Assembly: GCA_977017645.1 (NCBI GenBank)
Contig: OZ360220.1
Coordinates: 128,464,001 to 128,528,000 of the forward strand
Source of the DNA: Torpedo marmorata
Lineage: Eukaryota
Direction: 5' to 3'
DNA length: 64,000 nt
The notes under the pieces were generated by a model. That model made no database searches, had not been told where the DNA came from, and saw nothing but the letters and a program-made list of their open reading frames with translations. The translations under genes and the position numbers were made by a program. Of the stretch, positions 1-13,900 are shown piece by piece; position 1 is the stretch's first letter; each line of letters starts with the position of its first letter.

Positions 1-1090
1 GGAGAACCAAGGGTAATGTATAACTACTTAAAACAAATATTAAAGGGGTTTCCCATTTAAGGCAGTGAAAAGGGGAAAGTTTATCTCAGAGGATTTAATC
101 TGTGCCTGCCCTCTGAAATAATGGAAGAAGAGTCTTTGTATATTTTTAAAGGCAGAGCTAGATTAATGTTTAGTAAGAAGTGTGAGGGGTGCAAGTTTGC
201 TGCAAATAGACTAAAAAGCAGAGTTGAGGTTTGAGGAGTTGAGGACTGACTCCTGCCATTAATTTGTATATTTGTGAAATTGCATGCTATGTACATGAAA
301 TCTCGTTTTACAAGTTTTTTAATGTTTCCTGATTCTTGCTCCCCAGCCAATCCTTTTACAATTTAAATGTGTTTGGCCAGTTTAGGGACCAGTTTCACCT
401 TTGTGCTGTTACAGAGACTTACACCATCTTGCGAACAAAATGTCCTTGAGTTGTTGGTCAACCAAAGAGTGCCAATTATTTGGGAAAATTTGATGCCATG
501 AAAATGACTGATTTTTCCAAATGCGTAGAATCATGCAGCCTGTTCTGTCTGTGCCAACCCTTTGAAAGAGCTGTCCAGTTTGTTTCTTTCATTTTTGTCA
601 TTTGTAACTCTACAAATTTCTATCCTTCGATTATTTAGCCTTGTAGTTTATATCAGAGGAAAGGCATTCTTGTGCCTTGCTTAGGGTCTGATTCTGATCA
701 CCACTGATATAAAATTAATCGAATACAGAATCAATTATTGTCTCCTGATGTCAAGCACATCTACATTTGCACATGTAGAGCAATTTGAATGTTTTGAATA
801 GGGTAAAAAGTATAATGCTACTCTGACAAGGACGAGAATCTGTTGAATGTGGGGGGGGTTAGACTTCAACTGGTCTTATAAAATTTGGGCAAGGGATAGA
901 ACTCAAAAATCAGGAAGTGAACCATTCCATTGCTGGAAAACATAACTCCATTTGAATCTAGATTACACACATGAACAATGGCTCTTCTAGGTTACGTTTT
1001 AAATTTTAAATTTTTTTAAATAAAAAAAAAAATACATTTAAATTTAACAATGGCTCTTCTAGGTTACCTTCTCATTTCTTTCCAATTTAG

Positions 1091-1209
1091 CTTTCTGAGT
1101 GGTGGCTGAGGACAGCCTACCTAGAATACAGGCTTCCTGTTGTAATTCATTCCAGTCCTGGTGTGGTGTTGCCAAAACAGGATTACCGTGATCGTCAAGG
1201 ACAGCTCAG
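1091..1209 (+). CDS. CRAT: CRAT exon ([40 protein letters not shown])
   Basis: tttag acceptor, gtaatg donor, 119 nt. Confidence 0.95.
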
Positions 1210-1967
1210 GTAATGGTGTGCCAATGGACTTGTAATCGCTTTCAGGTCAGGTTTGCTACTATTAGTGGCTTACTGTGGGAGAAAAAGTCATGTTTCTGAC
1301 TGTTGGACTGTTAGAGGTCATGAAGAAGTCATGGAGAGATTTGAACTAAGGGGTGAGAATTTTAAAATTGAGCTATGGCTAGGATGAGAGCCAATGTAGG
1401 TCAGAATGGGATTTGGCGTGTGTCAGGAGAAGGGCAGCAGATATTTGAATTGAAGTGCATATCAGGTAAAAAGGGTATGACAGTAACACTGATCAGCACA
1501 GTCTCTTTTCACGTAAATGATGGGAGCAGGATTGCTAATGATCCCGTAAGGTATGGGATTTCCTGCATATAATGAAAAAATTGTTGTCTTGCATTATATT
1601 GATTTGCCAATTTTCCTGTAAAACCAGTCAAGGTTGTGGGGGTTCGCTGGGAGTCCCCAAGCCAGCTGTATCTCTTTAATAGGAGCAACTGTTTTGTGAG
1701 CACAGTGTGGTATCCAGGAGAGTTGTGGAACAATGTTACAGACTGGAGGTAGCACATAACTTCCTCTGCTTGCACCCTATTCTCTGATGCCCACTTGATA
1801 CTAGATCCTGGTTGAGCTTGGGCCCAGTGGACAAGACTGGGTGAATTAACTTGGTGGTTAAGTTACTGGACAAAAACCAAAGGTCTGGATCATTGATGCA
1901 CTCATAAGTTTGAATCCCACTTAAGCAGCTAGGGAATTTAAATTTGAGTATTAAATAAGTCTAGAAT

Positions 1968-1998
<31 letters not shown>

Positions 1999-4900
1999 AA
2001 AACTGATCTGGGTATTGGTTACACTGGGTTATTGTAAAGAACCCATTTGGTTCACTATTATTTTTTCAGCGCAGGAAATCTGCCAACCTTGCCTATTCTG
2101 GCCGACATGCAGCTTCAGACTTGGAAATAAGGTTGACACTTGACTGCTTTCTTAAATCATGGGCAGTTATTGGATGGACAATAAATGCTAGCATTGTCTG
2201 TGACATCCACATCCTCTGAATGAATAAATAAAAGAAAGATCCCGCAGCATTGCTTTGAACAACATCAGGGAGAACCCTGGAAACTGAGGAAAGTAAGTAG
2301 TAGAAGAAGATTGATCCCTTGAGTCTTGTTGGCCATTCACCTCCTCAACAATGCAAAATTAATTATCTCAGCCTTGATTACACTCAGCAACTATCCTGCC
2401 GCAGGCACTTTCTTTCAGCAGAGAGTTCCGACGATTCTCATCATCCTTGTGTGAAGAAATTTAATGGCCAACCCCAAGCTCTCAATGTGTCCCTAGTTAT
2501 AGATCCTCTGGCTAAGGAATCAAAGCTCTCATCATCCAAACAATCCTCTTGGGTTACATTTCAATAAGATGCCCTAGCCAATATTTTATACACTGATAAA
2601 TGTTTATTATTCAACCAAACTAATTAGAAACATTATCTGGTTATTATTGTATTGTAAATTATCACCTTGTTGGGCAAACATTTCCTGAATTACAACAGTG
2701 AAAAGTACCACCTTGGTTATAGAGTGCTTTGAGATGTCCTGAGATCATGAAATGAAAATACTTTTAGCTGGCCTCTTCTTTCAATATAAAACATTAGTGA
2801 ATAAAACTCTTTGAGGCAGTGTTAAAGCAGTGGCCACTCTTCGCCCAATATGTACTATAGTTGTTTGATATTCTGTTCCAATCTCTGCCTATGTTTTCTT
2901 CCAGATTTGCTGCCAAATTGATTGCTGGTGTATTGGATTTTAAATCCATGATTGACAAGTAAGTGCAAAATGTTACTACTTCATTGCGCTGAGATGAATA
3001 TAGGGAAACTGTAAAAAAAATAAAATAAAATAAAAAAAAAGACAATGGAGAATATTAATTTCCTTTTTCCCAGTAAAGTATTCCAAGCATTTCACCCAAC
3101 CTTAAATCGGATTAAAAATTGACACGAAGCTACAAGTAGAGATATTGAGAGGGCTGACAGGCAGGGTTTAAGAAGCATTTTAAAAGAGCAGAACGAGCTA
3201 GAAAAGCATACAGACTAGAGAAAGTATGCCATCAATAGTAGAGGAATTTAGAGTCTGGGGTGCAAAACTCTTGGAAATTATGAAGCTGCGGGCATTACAG
3301 TGTTTAAAAAGGAGTGAGGTTGGAAAAGACTTTGAAACCAGCATAAGAATTTGAAGTTCTTACTACACAACACTGTCTTGTACCTAATATTTAATAAATA
3401 AAGGCTTTCCTCTCTTGTTCCTGTTCTCAGTGAGACCCTTCCTGTGGAGAGTCTGGGAGGGAGCCCACTCTGCATGAACCAGTACTACCAGATTCTATCG
3501 TCCTGCAGGATCCCAGGTTCTAAAAGTGATTCTTTTGTCAACTATTCCCTGACTAAAAAACCCACCCACGTAACAATTGTGCACAACTTCCAGGTAGGTT
3601 TCTTGCAGCTGTTGCTAAAGGATTTTTCTTTTTCTTTACCCATGTCTCTCTTTTCTCATCTTGCAATTCCATTGTCTAATTCACCTTGTATCCTGGTTGC
3701 CCCATGATAAAATAATATTGGATGTTCACAAATAAAAATAAACAATCTCTGTTATTTTTTATCATGGACCCAGATGTGGGTCAAGAAAGCACCAAAACGC
3801 TGAACAAATCCAGCCCAGTCTCATTGATCTTTATCAATTGTCATGAGTACTTAATACCACATCTGTCTGCCATCTGATGGAAAATGTCATCAGCAATGCT
3901 TTCAACAACTTGATCATTGACGCTTCATTTGGGTTTTGTCAGCCCACTTGTCTTTAGCCCCTTTCACACCGCCAACCCTCCTAGGAAGCAGGTAAACTTA
4001 CCGGGCATGCTGCACCCGGGGACCCTTTCCCACTGCACCATGATTTACCTGGTTCATCGGGAACCCGGCATTTTAAGGGGGGTCCCGCCTCCAGCGGTGA
4101 CATCACAAGTGACGTATTACGTACTCGCAGTGCAGTGAAATCGTAGCGGGAATAAAGCACATACACGCTCAATGTATAAATGACCGTGGGGGAAAAAACG
4201 CGCACAGTTTAATAAGACATACGCGCTCAGTGTATAAAAGACCGTGGGAAAATCTACCGCAATGGGCTTCAGACTGTTCAAACTTAGGACAAACCCAAAG
4301 ACCAGCTTGTCATTATTCCCTAAACAATAGAGTATAACAACAATTTACAGAATCAGAATTTATTGTCATGAACAAGTCATGAAATTCGGTGTTTTGCGGC
4401 AGCATCATAGTGCAATTAACATTCATATTAACCATCTAACGACATTACTATAAAAAATTATAAACAATAGTGCACGAAAAGTAAGGCAGTGTCTTTGGTT
4501 CATTGATTATTCAGGAATCTGATGGCAGCGGGGAAGAAGCTGTCCTTGTGCCGTTGAGTGCTCGTCTTTAGGCTCCTGTACCTTTTTCCCGATGGAAGCA
4601 GAGTGAAGAGGGCATGGCCTGGGTGGTGGGGGTCCTTGAGGGTAGAGGCTGCTTTTTAAAGACACCGCTTCATGTAGATGTCCTCGATGGAGTGAAGTTT
4701 GGTGCCTGTGATGTCACAGGCCGAGTTAACAACCTTCTGGAGTTTACTCTTGTCCTGGGAGTTGGCACCTCCAAACCAGGCAGTGATGCAACCAGCCAGA
4801 ATGCTCTCCACGGTACACCTGTAGAAGTTTACGACATACCGAATCTCCGCAAACACCTCACAAAGTATAGCCGCTGACGAGCCTTCTTTGTGATTGCATC

Positions 4901-7900
4901 CACGTGGATGCTCTAGGACAGATCCTCGGAGATGTTGACACCCAAGAATTTGAAGTTCTTGACCCTCTCCACGACTGAGCCCTCGATGAGGACTGGGTCG
5001 TGTTCCCCTGACTTCCTCCTGAAGTCCACAATCATCTCCTTGGTTTTGCAGACGTTGAGCTCAAGGTTGTTGCCATTACACCATTCAACAAGCTGATCTA
5101 TCTCCCTCCTGTACGCTTCCTCATTGCCGTTTGTGATTCTGCCATCAACTGTGGTGTCATCGGCAAACTTGTATATGGCATTGGAATTGTGCCTGGCCAC
5201 ACAGTCATGAGTGTATAACGAGTAGAGCAGTGGACTAAGCACGCATCCTTGGGGTGCGCCTGTGTTGATAATCAGTGAGGAGGAGACGTTGTTTCCAATT
5301 CGTACTGACTGTGGTCTTCCGATGAGAAAGTCAAGGATCCAGTTGCAGAGGGGGGTACAGAGGCCTAGGGTTTGTAGCTTCTTGACCAGCACTGAGGGAA
5401 TAATGGTATTGAAGGCCGAGCTGTAGTCGATGAAGAGCAACCGTATGTATGAATTGCTGTTTTCGAGGTGGTCCAGAGCTGAGTGGAGAGCCATTGATAT
5501 TGCATCTGCTGTGGATCGATTGTGGCGATAGGCGAATTGCAGTGGGTATTAAAAGTAATCTTGTGATGATTTAAAGCACAGATACGCGCTAACGGCCCTG
5601 CCGGCCATGCTCTGACAGCCACGCCGACTGCACAGTTATATTTCACAGCGCGGCCGGCCGTGCTCTGACAGACTGACACAAGCACGCAGGCTCTAACGGT
5701 ACCCGGTAATTCGAGTAGACCATTCACACAGCCACAGAGTGATTAACGAGTTAACTCGGCCGGGCTCTCACACCAAGAGTCAGAGCCTGGTTGATTTTTA
5801 CTCGCCCTGCCCGGTTGGAACCTTTCACACTGCCAGATTACCTGCTCCGGACCTGCTAATTTGGCCAGTTCAACCCACATGTACTTGACGGTGTGAAAGG
5901 GGCTAGTGATTCAAATGGGCAAATTCCAGAAACCAGTGCTATCATGCATCGTATGACCTAGTGTGGCGTCAAGGAACCCTGGTAAAACTGATCATTGGGC
6001 TAACTCTTCACTGATTTGATTCTTGTGTAAACGACGATATAAAACTAAGAAAAGCTGGAAAATTTTAGAAAGAAAAACAATTAACATTTCAGATTGTAGC
6101 CCCTTTATCAGAACTTCATCTGAGTTTTTCCAGTATTTTGTTTTTTATTTCCAGCATCTGTGGCTTTTTGATTTTCATATAAGATGTTTGTCATTGGTGG
6201 GGATCCTTGTTACAACAAGGGCAACATCTGAGATCCTACCATCCTTGGCTAATTCGTCAATGGCTTAACCTCCTTCATTGAACCAGAAGTTAAGATAATC
6301 ACTGAGTTCACAATGTTCAAATTATCAGTAAACTAGTATGCGTGAATGCAGAAAGACATGAAGGTCACCATTGGCCTAATTGGCTGTTGCAAGATTTGTA
6401 ATGGACCAGACACTGTCTTCAATTGCTCTTTCTTCCCTCAGCCAATAAAGTCCACATCCATGCAATTATAGTGGGGTGTTGGTATAGTCACTCCTTTGTA
6501 ATCAGGAATGGAAATCTGGACTAATTTTTACTCTAGATTGGAATGCTGAGGCCAACTCCAACCCATTTTGTCCCTACACTGAATCTTGGCTTGTTCTACT
6601 CTCTGAGCTTAAGTTAATGATGTCCATCTGTATTTTGCAGTTCTTTGAGCTCTTTGTGTACAACAGTGATGGCAGCCCCTTAACTGTGGACCAGCTTTAC
6701 ATGCAATTGGAGAAGATCTGGCATTCCTCACTTCAAACAAACAAAGAGCCAATTGGGATCCTTACAACAGGCCATCGAAACAGCTGGGCAAATGCATACA
6801 ACACACTAATCAAAGGTTGGTCTCCAGAAATTGATGAATAAGGAAAAAGAGTAACTTGATCCCACCCACCTGCACAGGCTCCCCATTTGGGGAGGTAGAG
6901 AATGAGAGGCAACTTGTGAGTAAAGTACCCAGGAGTAATAAGATTGAGGAAGACTGAGGAAAAGGTGAATATGAAACAAGTGGAAGAGAATGTTGCTGAG
7001 AGAAAGAGAGAGGCAGGGATAAAGTATCTGAGATTGAGCTGGGGACAAAATTCGAGAAGCTCATGAGGAAAACATACGGGTGAGATTGGGGAAGACTCTG
7101 AAGTAAAGTTGATGAGAATTGGAATAGAGTCACATAGCAGTTTTATCTGGGATCCAGGATGTTTTAAAAGTGGCCATTCCCATTTCCTGAATGTTGAAGT
7201 TACATTGCAACTTAGGAATTATTGCCATGCCTCAATTTTTTTTAAAAAAATTTATAATTGTGCTGAGTGATGATTGGATCTGGTCCTTGGTCATCAGCAG
7301 CTATCCTGTACTGTTCTCATGGATATAAAAAAATCTATTACACTATTCAAAGAAAAGCAAGAGATTGTTTTGTTTCCTGGCCCACATTTACCCACCTAAA
7401 AGAGCTGATTGTCTAGTATTACATTGAGCATTGATTGCTCATTTCCATTATCACATCAGGGACTGTAATTCAAAGTATGTTATTGAATGTAAACACCTTT
7501 GGTTGTTAAAGGGGCTATATAAATTCAAAAGTTTTTAATCTTTTTTTTCAGATCCATCCAGATCTCTTTTTTTCTTTTTTGTAATATTTTATTTATCATT
7601 TTAAGTACCGGTATATTTAACAATCAACAACCATACAAAATACAAAACGTCAAGAAAACCCATCCCTCCACCCCCCCCCCCAAGTCCAATTAAACAGAAA
7701 AAAACAAAGAAAAAGAAAAATCCCATCGTCAGTGCGTACAGTAAAACACATAGAGACATGATAGTACCACAATGTTATAATCTTTACAGAGGTCTGCTGG
7801 CTAGTCAGTAGCGATAGTAACCCTATGGTGGCGCCAGTGAGGTGCCTATATGTTCTAAATAAGGCTGCCAGATTTTTAGGAAGGTGTTATATCCCTTCCT

Positions 7901-10900
7901 AAGACTATATTTGATCTTTTCAAGAGGAATGCAGCTGTTCATTTCTGAAGACCACCTATCAATGAGGAGAGGGGAGTCAGATTTCCATGTTGCTGGTAGT
8001 AGAATGGGCAAGGACTGGAAAAGATACTACAGTCTCGGCAATATATTGATCTTCACACAGTTGACTCTGCCAATTAGAGTGATGGGCAAATTCACCCACC
8101 TAATCAAATCTTCTTCAATTTTACTAAGTAACGGGAGATAATTAAGTTTGTATAAGTTCTGAAGATCATTATCTACCATTATTCCAAGGTATTTAATGCC
8201 ACTCGAGGGCCACTTGAATGGGCTTGTTTCAGGTCTCTTTTTCATCCGAAGTCCGTGCATGCTCATACACTTGGGAATTGTTTGATGGGGATCAGGAAGG
8301 GAATGGAGGGGACACTGCTAGTTACAGTACTTTAGTCAGAAGCTTGGTTTAGATGGGCCAATAGTGCATGGATTATTGGGCATGTTAGGAGTGGGATGGA
8401 ATATTCTGCACTTTGGATGAATGCAGTGTTGCTGAGCACTCTGGAAGCTCGACCATCCAAGGCAAAACCTCCATCCTTACCCAAAATCTTGGACCTGAAG
8501 CCTTTACTCCTTCCATCATGGCTACAATTTGCACTGCAACTTGCCAAGGCTTCTTTGATGCCACCTCTCAAACCCACCATTTTCAATGCTTAGAAATCCA
8601 ATGGGAGTAGGTGTATGAGACCTACCCCACCCATCACCTGTAAGTTCCCTTACAAATCAAATGCCATCCTGACTTGGAAATGTATCACTTTTTCCACTTT
8701 GCTGGGTCAAAATCTTAATTCTATGTATGACACCATGCAGATTGCAGCTGTTTAAGAAGGTGGCTTAACACCATCTTCCAAAGGGAAGTTGGGAAGGAAC
8801 ATTGCATGTTGGTCTTGCAGCAGCGCTCACACCCTTGTGTAAGAATTTGAAATGACTGGGAACTCTGAGCCTCCTATGCACTTGAATCCAGTGATAGTTT
8901 ATTATCTGTATTTTGCGGTAACGGAATACATTGGATCATTATTAGTGTAATCAAATTTAATTTTCTGTAATGCTGCTGTTCAGGATTTTGAAGTTGTGTT
9001 GATTGTTTCTTTGTTTTCCCATGGCCCTCTACAGACAAGGTTAACAAAGAGTCTGTGAAATGCATTCAGAGGAGCATTTTCACCATCTGCCTGGATGCTC
9101 CGGTGCCAAAGGTGTCCGATGATCTCTACATGAGTCACATCGCGGCACAGATGTTGCATGGTGGAGGTAGTCGGTGGAATAGTGGCAACAGATGGTTTGA
9201 CAAAACCCTGCAGGTGTGTGAGGGGCTGGCAGACAATCACTTGACTAGTGGGCAGTAATCGGGTCAAGCTCTGTCCTAACATAATTCACATACTGGTTTC
9301 TTTTTGAAGGCTATGCATTTGTGTATCTATGAGTACTGGTCTGGGACTGCACGTGTATGTGAGCAGTTTGTTACTGTTTGTGCTGGAGGTGTGTCTTTTG
9401 CAGTGTACGTCTCGTGTACGAAATTTTATAGCTGCTCTATGGATGATTTTCTTTCCAATTATTTTAAAGGGCTTTAAAGCTTTTTGCCCACACTTTCAAG
9501 GTACTTTTATTGTTTCTGAATCCTTTAATTGCTATGGAAACACCGGCCCCCAGGGTTGGGTGGGGGCAGAGAGGGGAAAGGTTGTGGGGTGAGAAGGGGA
9601 GGGAGAACAGCAGATACTAGATGATGGCCCAAAGGACCACTTCCCTCCTGTTCCTCTCCTGCCATCCCACCCACACACGGTCTTCCCTCTGTTTGGTATC
9701 TTGTTCGTTTATTTCTCTTGTTCTACTCCACTCAGTTATTTGTTTCTGAGCTTCAACTCCCTGCAGTTCAATAATCAGCAGCCCCTCGGTGTTCAGGTGT
9801 ATCAATAAATTTTGGGGGGAGGGGAGAGGAAACACTCAAGACTGTTGCTATTTTGTACTGGTTGGAGATCCACACTCAGAAGCCTCAATCACGATGCCAT
9901 TTATCATCTGTGACACTTCACCATAGGGGCACTCCTGATGAGGCTGATCCTGCCTTCAGCAAAATTCAGCCAAGCTCACAGAGATCGTTGGACATGATTA
10001 AAAGGGAATCATTGCTGATTTTTCTTTTCCTTTTTGTAATAACCCAGTGCCTAAAAAAATAAATGAGCTAATTTCATCATCTCCATCACTGACACATTGA
10101 GAGCAGCCCTCTAACAATGTTGTCTCATTTTGGGGATTTTCCACAGTTCATCGTTGGAGAGGACGGATCTTGCGGTTTGGTCTATGAGCATTCGTCATCA
10201 GAAGGACCTCCCATTGTTGCTTTATTGGATCACGTCTTTGAGTATTGGTAAGAGTCTATTTAGGAAGTAGTTGAGGTGGGGGTTGGTTGATGGGACTACA
10301 TGATGAGGGAACAGGTCTGAATGTATACTTTCTCCATTATTTGGGTGGGAGTGATATTGGGTGGATCTCTCACATTTTTTGTTACATTTGTTCCTTTTGT
10401 TTTTCTGCCCTCCCCACCAGAGCCTGGGCAGATGCTGACCACTAATATTATAGAACCTAACAGTACAAAAGGAGGCCATTCTGATGATCTGCTGTACCAA
10501 TGTCCAAAAATCCCAATGTTTTGGTATCTGCCTCAACGTTTCTATTTCCTGTGCTCACTTTAAACTCACAGAAGCCTTTTATTTATTAAAAGGATATGCC
10601 TTTTCCTATGATCTTGCACCATTAACTCAATTCAACACACTTTCTTACAATGTGTCAAACCCATTCATGTGTGGCCTCCTTAAACAATGCACCCAAGAAG
10701 GTGTTTGGGAGCCCTCACTGGCAAGTGCAGCAGGATCCTGCACTGGTCCTTCCCCACAGAGCCAAGCTTCAGTGAGTTCAGCAGCAGATATCAGCAGCAT
10801 TCACTGTGGGCATCTCCTTGTACTGGAAGATCAACAAATTCAGACTCCGTTTCCATGTTCCCTGTAAACTCACCAGGGCCCATTTCTCACACCACCTTTC

Positions 10901-13900
10901 AACTTGCCAAGTTTGAGGTATAGTTTATTATACTACTGAGCAATATCTTAAAAGTGAATTAAAAGTGTTGGATTATTAGTAGGAGTAATATCCAATAGTC
11001 TTGGAAAAACTTAATGTCTGCCATCCCAAGGGTGCTGGACTATCAGGGTTTTACTGCAGTGCCATATGTGAGATTTAGGTAATATAACGATGATTCTCCG
11101 TTTTAGTTTAACCTTAAGACATCCAAAAGGTCTGTACAGCCAACAGAATGTTTTTTAAAATGTAGTTGCTGTTGTAATATAGTCAATGCCACAGCTAACT
11201 TGCACGCAGCTAGGTCCCACTAACAACAGGGGAAAGCAGACAATTCAGTCTTTTTGAAATGAGTAATTTAGAGTCAGCAATTGTTCACTGTCACCTTCTG
11301 TTTCGTGGTTTAATTAAAACATTTGTGTTCGAGATGCTGGTTTAATCCCTGGTTCCCTTGCCTGTTGACTGAGAGTCTTACAAAAGAAAAAGGACTCGTT
11401 CTATGAATCAGAATTTATTGTCATGAAATTCGGTGTTTTGCGGCAGCATCATAGTGCAAATATTCATATTATAACCATCTTACGACATTACTATAAATAT
11501 ATATATATAAATAATAGTGAACGAAAAGTAAGGCAGTGTCTTTGGTTCATTGATTATTTAGGAATCTGATGGCAGCGGGGAAGAAGCTGTCCTTGTGCCG
11601 TTGAGTGCTCGTCTTTAGGCTCCTGTACCTTTTTCCTGATGTTAGTAGAGTGAAGAGGGCATGGCCTGGGTGGTGGGGGTCTTTGAGGTCAGAGGCTGCT
11701 TTTTTAAGACACCGCCTCGTGTAGATGTCCTCGGTGGAGTGAAGTCTGGTGCCTGTGATGTCGCAGGCCGAGTTAACAACCCTCGAGTTTATTCTTGTCC
11801 TGAGAGTTGGCACCTCCATACCAGGCAGTGATGTAACCAGCTAGAATGCTCTCCACGGTACACCTGTAGAAGTTTACGAGAGTCTTCGGTGACATACCGA
11901 ATCTCCTCAGACACCTCACAAAGTATAGCCTCTGGCGAGCCTTCTTTGTGATTGCATCAACGTGGATGCTCCAGGACAGATCCTCGGAGATGTTGACACC
12001 GAGGAATTTGAAGTTTTTGACCCTCTCCACTACTGAGCCCTCTGAGGACTGGGTCTATGTAAGGCAGAGCTGGAAGGAATCCAATAAGACCAATGTAGAG
12101 AAGGGAGGAGAAGCCGTAAATATAAGACAACCAATAAATGCACTACCTGGTAGTCAAACATGGAACAAAAATTATTTGGAAAAAATAGCATTAAAGTAAT
12201 TTTTTTTTAAAGCCTGAGAATTAGGACATGTAAGGTTGGAGAAGGATTGGATGGAGTTGAGCCCAATGCTCGGCGTTTAATACGATCATTCCCCAGAGGC
12301 TGGTGGAGAAGCTGTCCTCGCTGGGACAGCTGACCCCTCTCTGTAACTGGATTTTGGACTTTCTAACGGAAAGACCACAGTCTGTCCCAGAACGTCGAGC
12401 ACCGTCACGCTGAGCACTGGCGCACCTCAGGGCTGTGTGCTCATCACGCTCCTGCTCATGCTACTGACCCACGACTGCATCGCCAGATCCAACTCCAACG
12501 CTGTCATCAAGTTTGCAGATGACATAACAGTAGTTGGCCTCATCAGGAACAATGAAGAGTCGCACTACAGAGAAGAGGTAGAAAATCTCGTGAATGGTGC
12601 GAGAGTAACAACCTGAGTCTCAACGTGGGCAAGACAAAGGTGATGATCGTGGACTTCAGGAATGACCACCCTCCACTACACATCAACAACTCTGTAGTAG
12701 AGGGTGGAGAGCACCAATTCCTTGGAGTTCACTTAACTAGTGACCTATTGAGGACACTCAACATCTCCTTGTCAGGAAGGTGCAACAATGACTGCACTTC
12801 CTGAGAAGACTGAAGCGGGCAAGGCTACCGACCACCATATGTCAACCTTCTATAGGAGCTCTATCGAGAGCGTCCTGGCTGGCTGCATCACAGTATGGTA
12901 CGGTTGCTGCAGAGAAATGGATCGGAGGTCAATCCACAGAACCAATAGAGTGGCAGAGAAGATTCTTGGAGTCTCCCTTCTCTCCCCCCCACCCCCCGCC
13001 ACTCCCATCGAAGTGATCTACCAGGATCGTTGTCTGAAGAGGGCGTGCAAAATCATTGAGGACCCCTTCCACCCTGCACACAGCATCTTTCAGCTGTTCC
13101 CGTCGGGAAAGAGATACAGGAGTATCAGAGACAGCACCACCAGCCTGAAGAACAGCTTCTTCCTGCAGGCAGTGTGAATGCTGAATGACCAAAGGAACTG
13201 CTTACACTAACCATCCATGACTCTCGTATTCATGAAACAATATTTAATTATTTGTATAGATTAAATACTTGTCTTGCATATGTATTGTTTGTTTTTTCGT
13301 GTGTTGTCTGGTTGTATGTCTGCATCTTTTGCACCAAGGACCAGAGAACGCTGTTTTGTCGGGTTGTACTTGTACAATCAGGTGACAATAAACTTGACTT
13401 GACAATGGTGAATTTACAGCATAAATACTACATAAACCTTGCAGAGATGAATGCTCTAGTGTCATTTTTAAATTCCAGCCACAGCTCAGAGATGGTTCGT
13501 TCTCCTATGATTCCACTGGCCATGCCTTGGAAGCTCCGTTTCAATATCACACCTGATGTCAAGAGGGACATTGAGAAGGCAAAGCAGAACCTCAACATGT
13601 GAGAGCTTTCTTTAGTTCTTAGTAGGGTTATGGATGTCGCTGGCAAGGTTAGCATTTATTTTTCCATCCTCTGGATGTGCTTGAAAATGATGGCCGGCTG
13701 CTTTCTTGAACTGCTCCAGTCCTAAAAAGTGTTGTGAGGAAGAGAATTTAAGAATTTTAACCTAATAATGATTATTTCCAAGACAGGATAGTTGATTTTT
13801 TGGACAGAAACTTTGTAAGATGCACACTGTCACTTGCAAAGAGTTACCATATTTGATGGCATATAAGACCCACGGGCATATAAGACTCTTTCCCTCCCCC

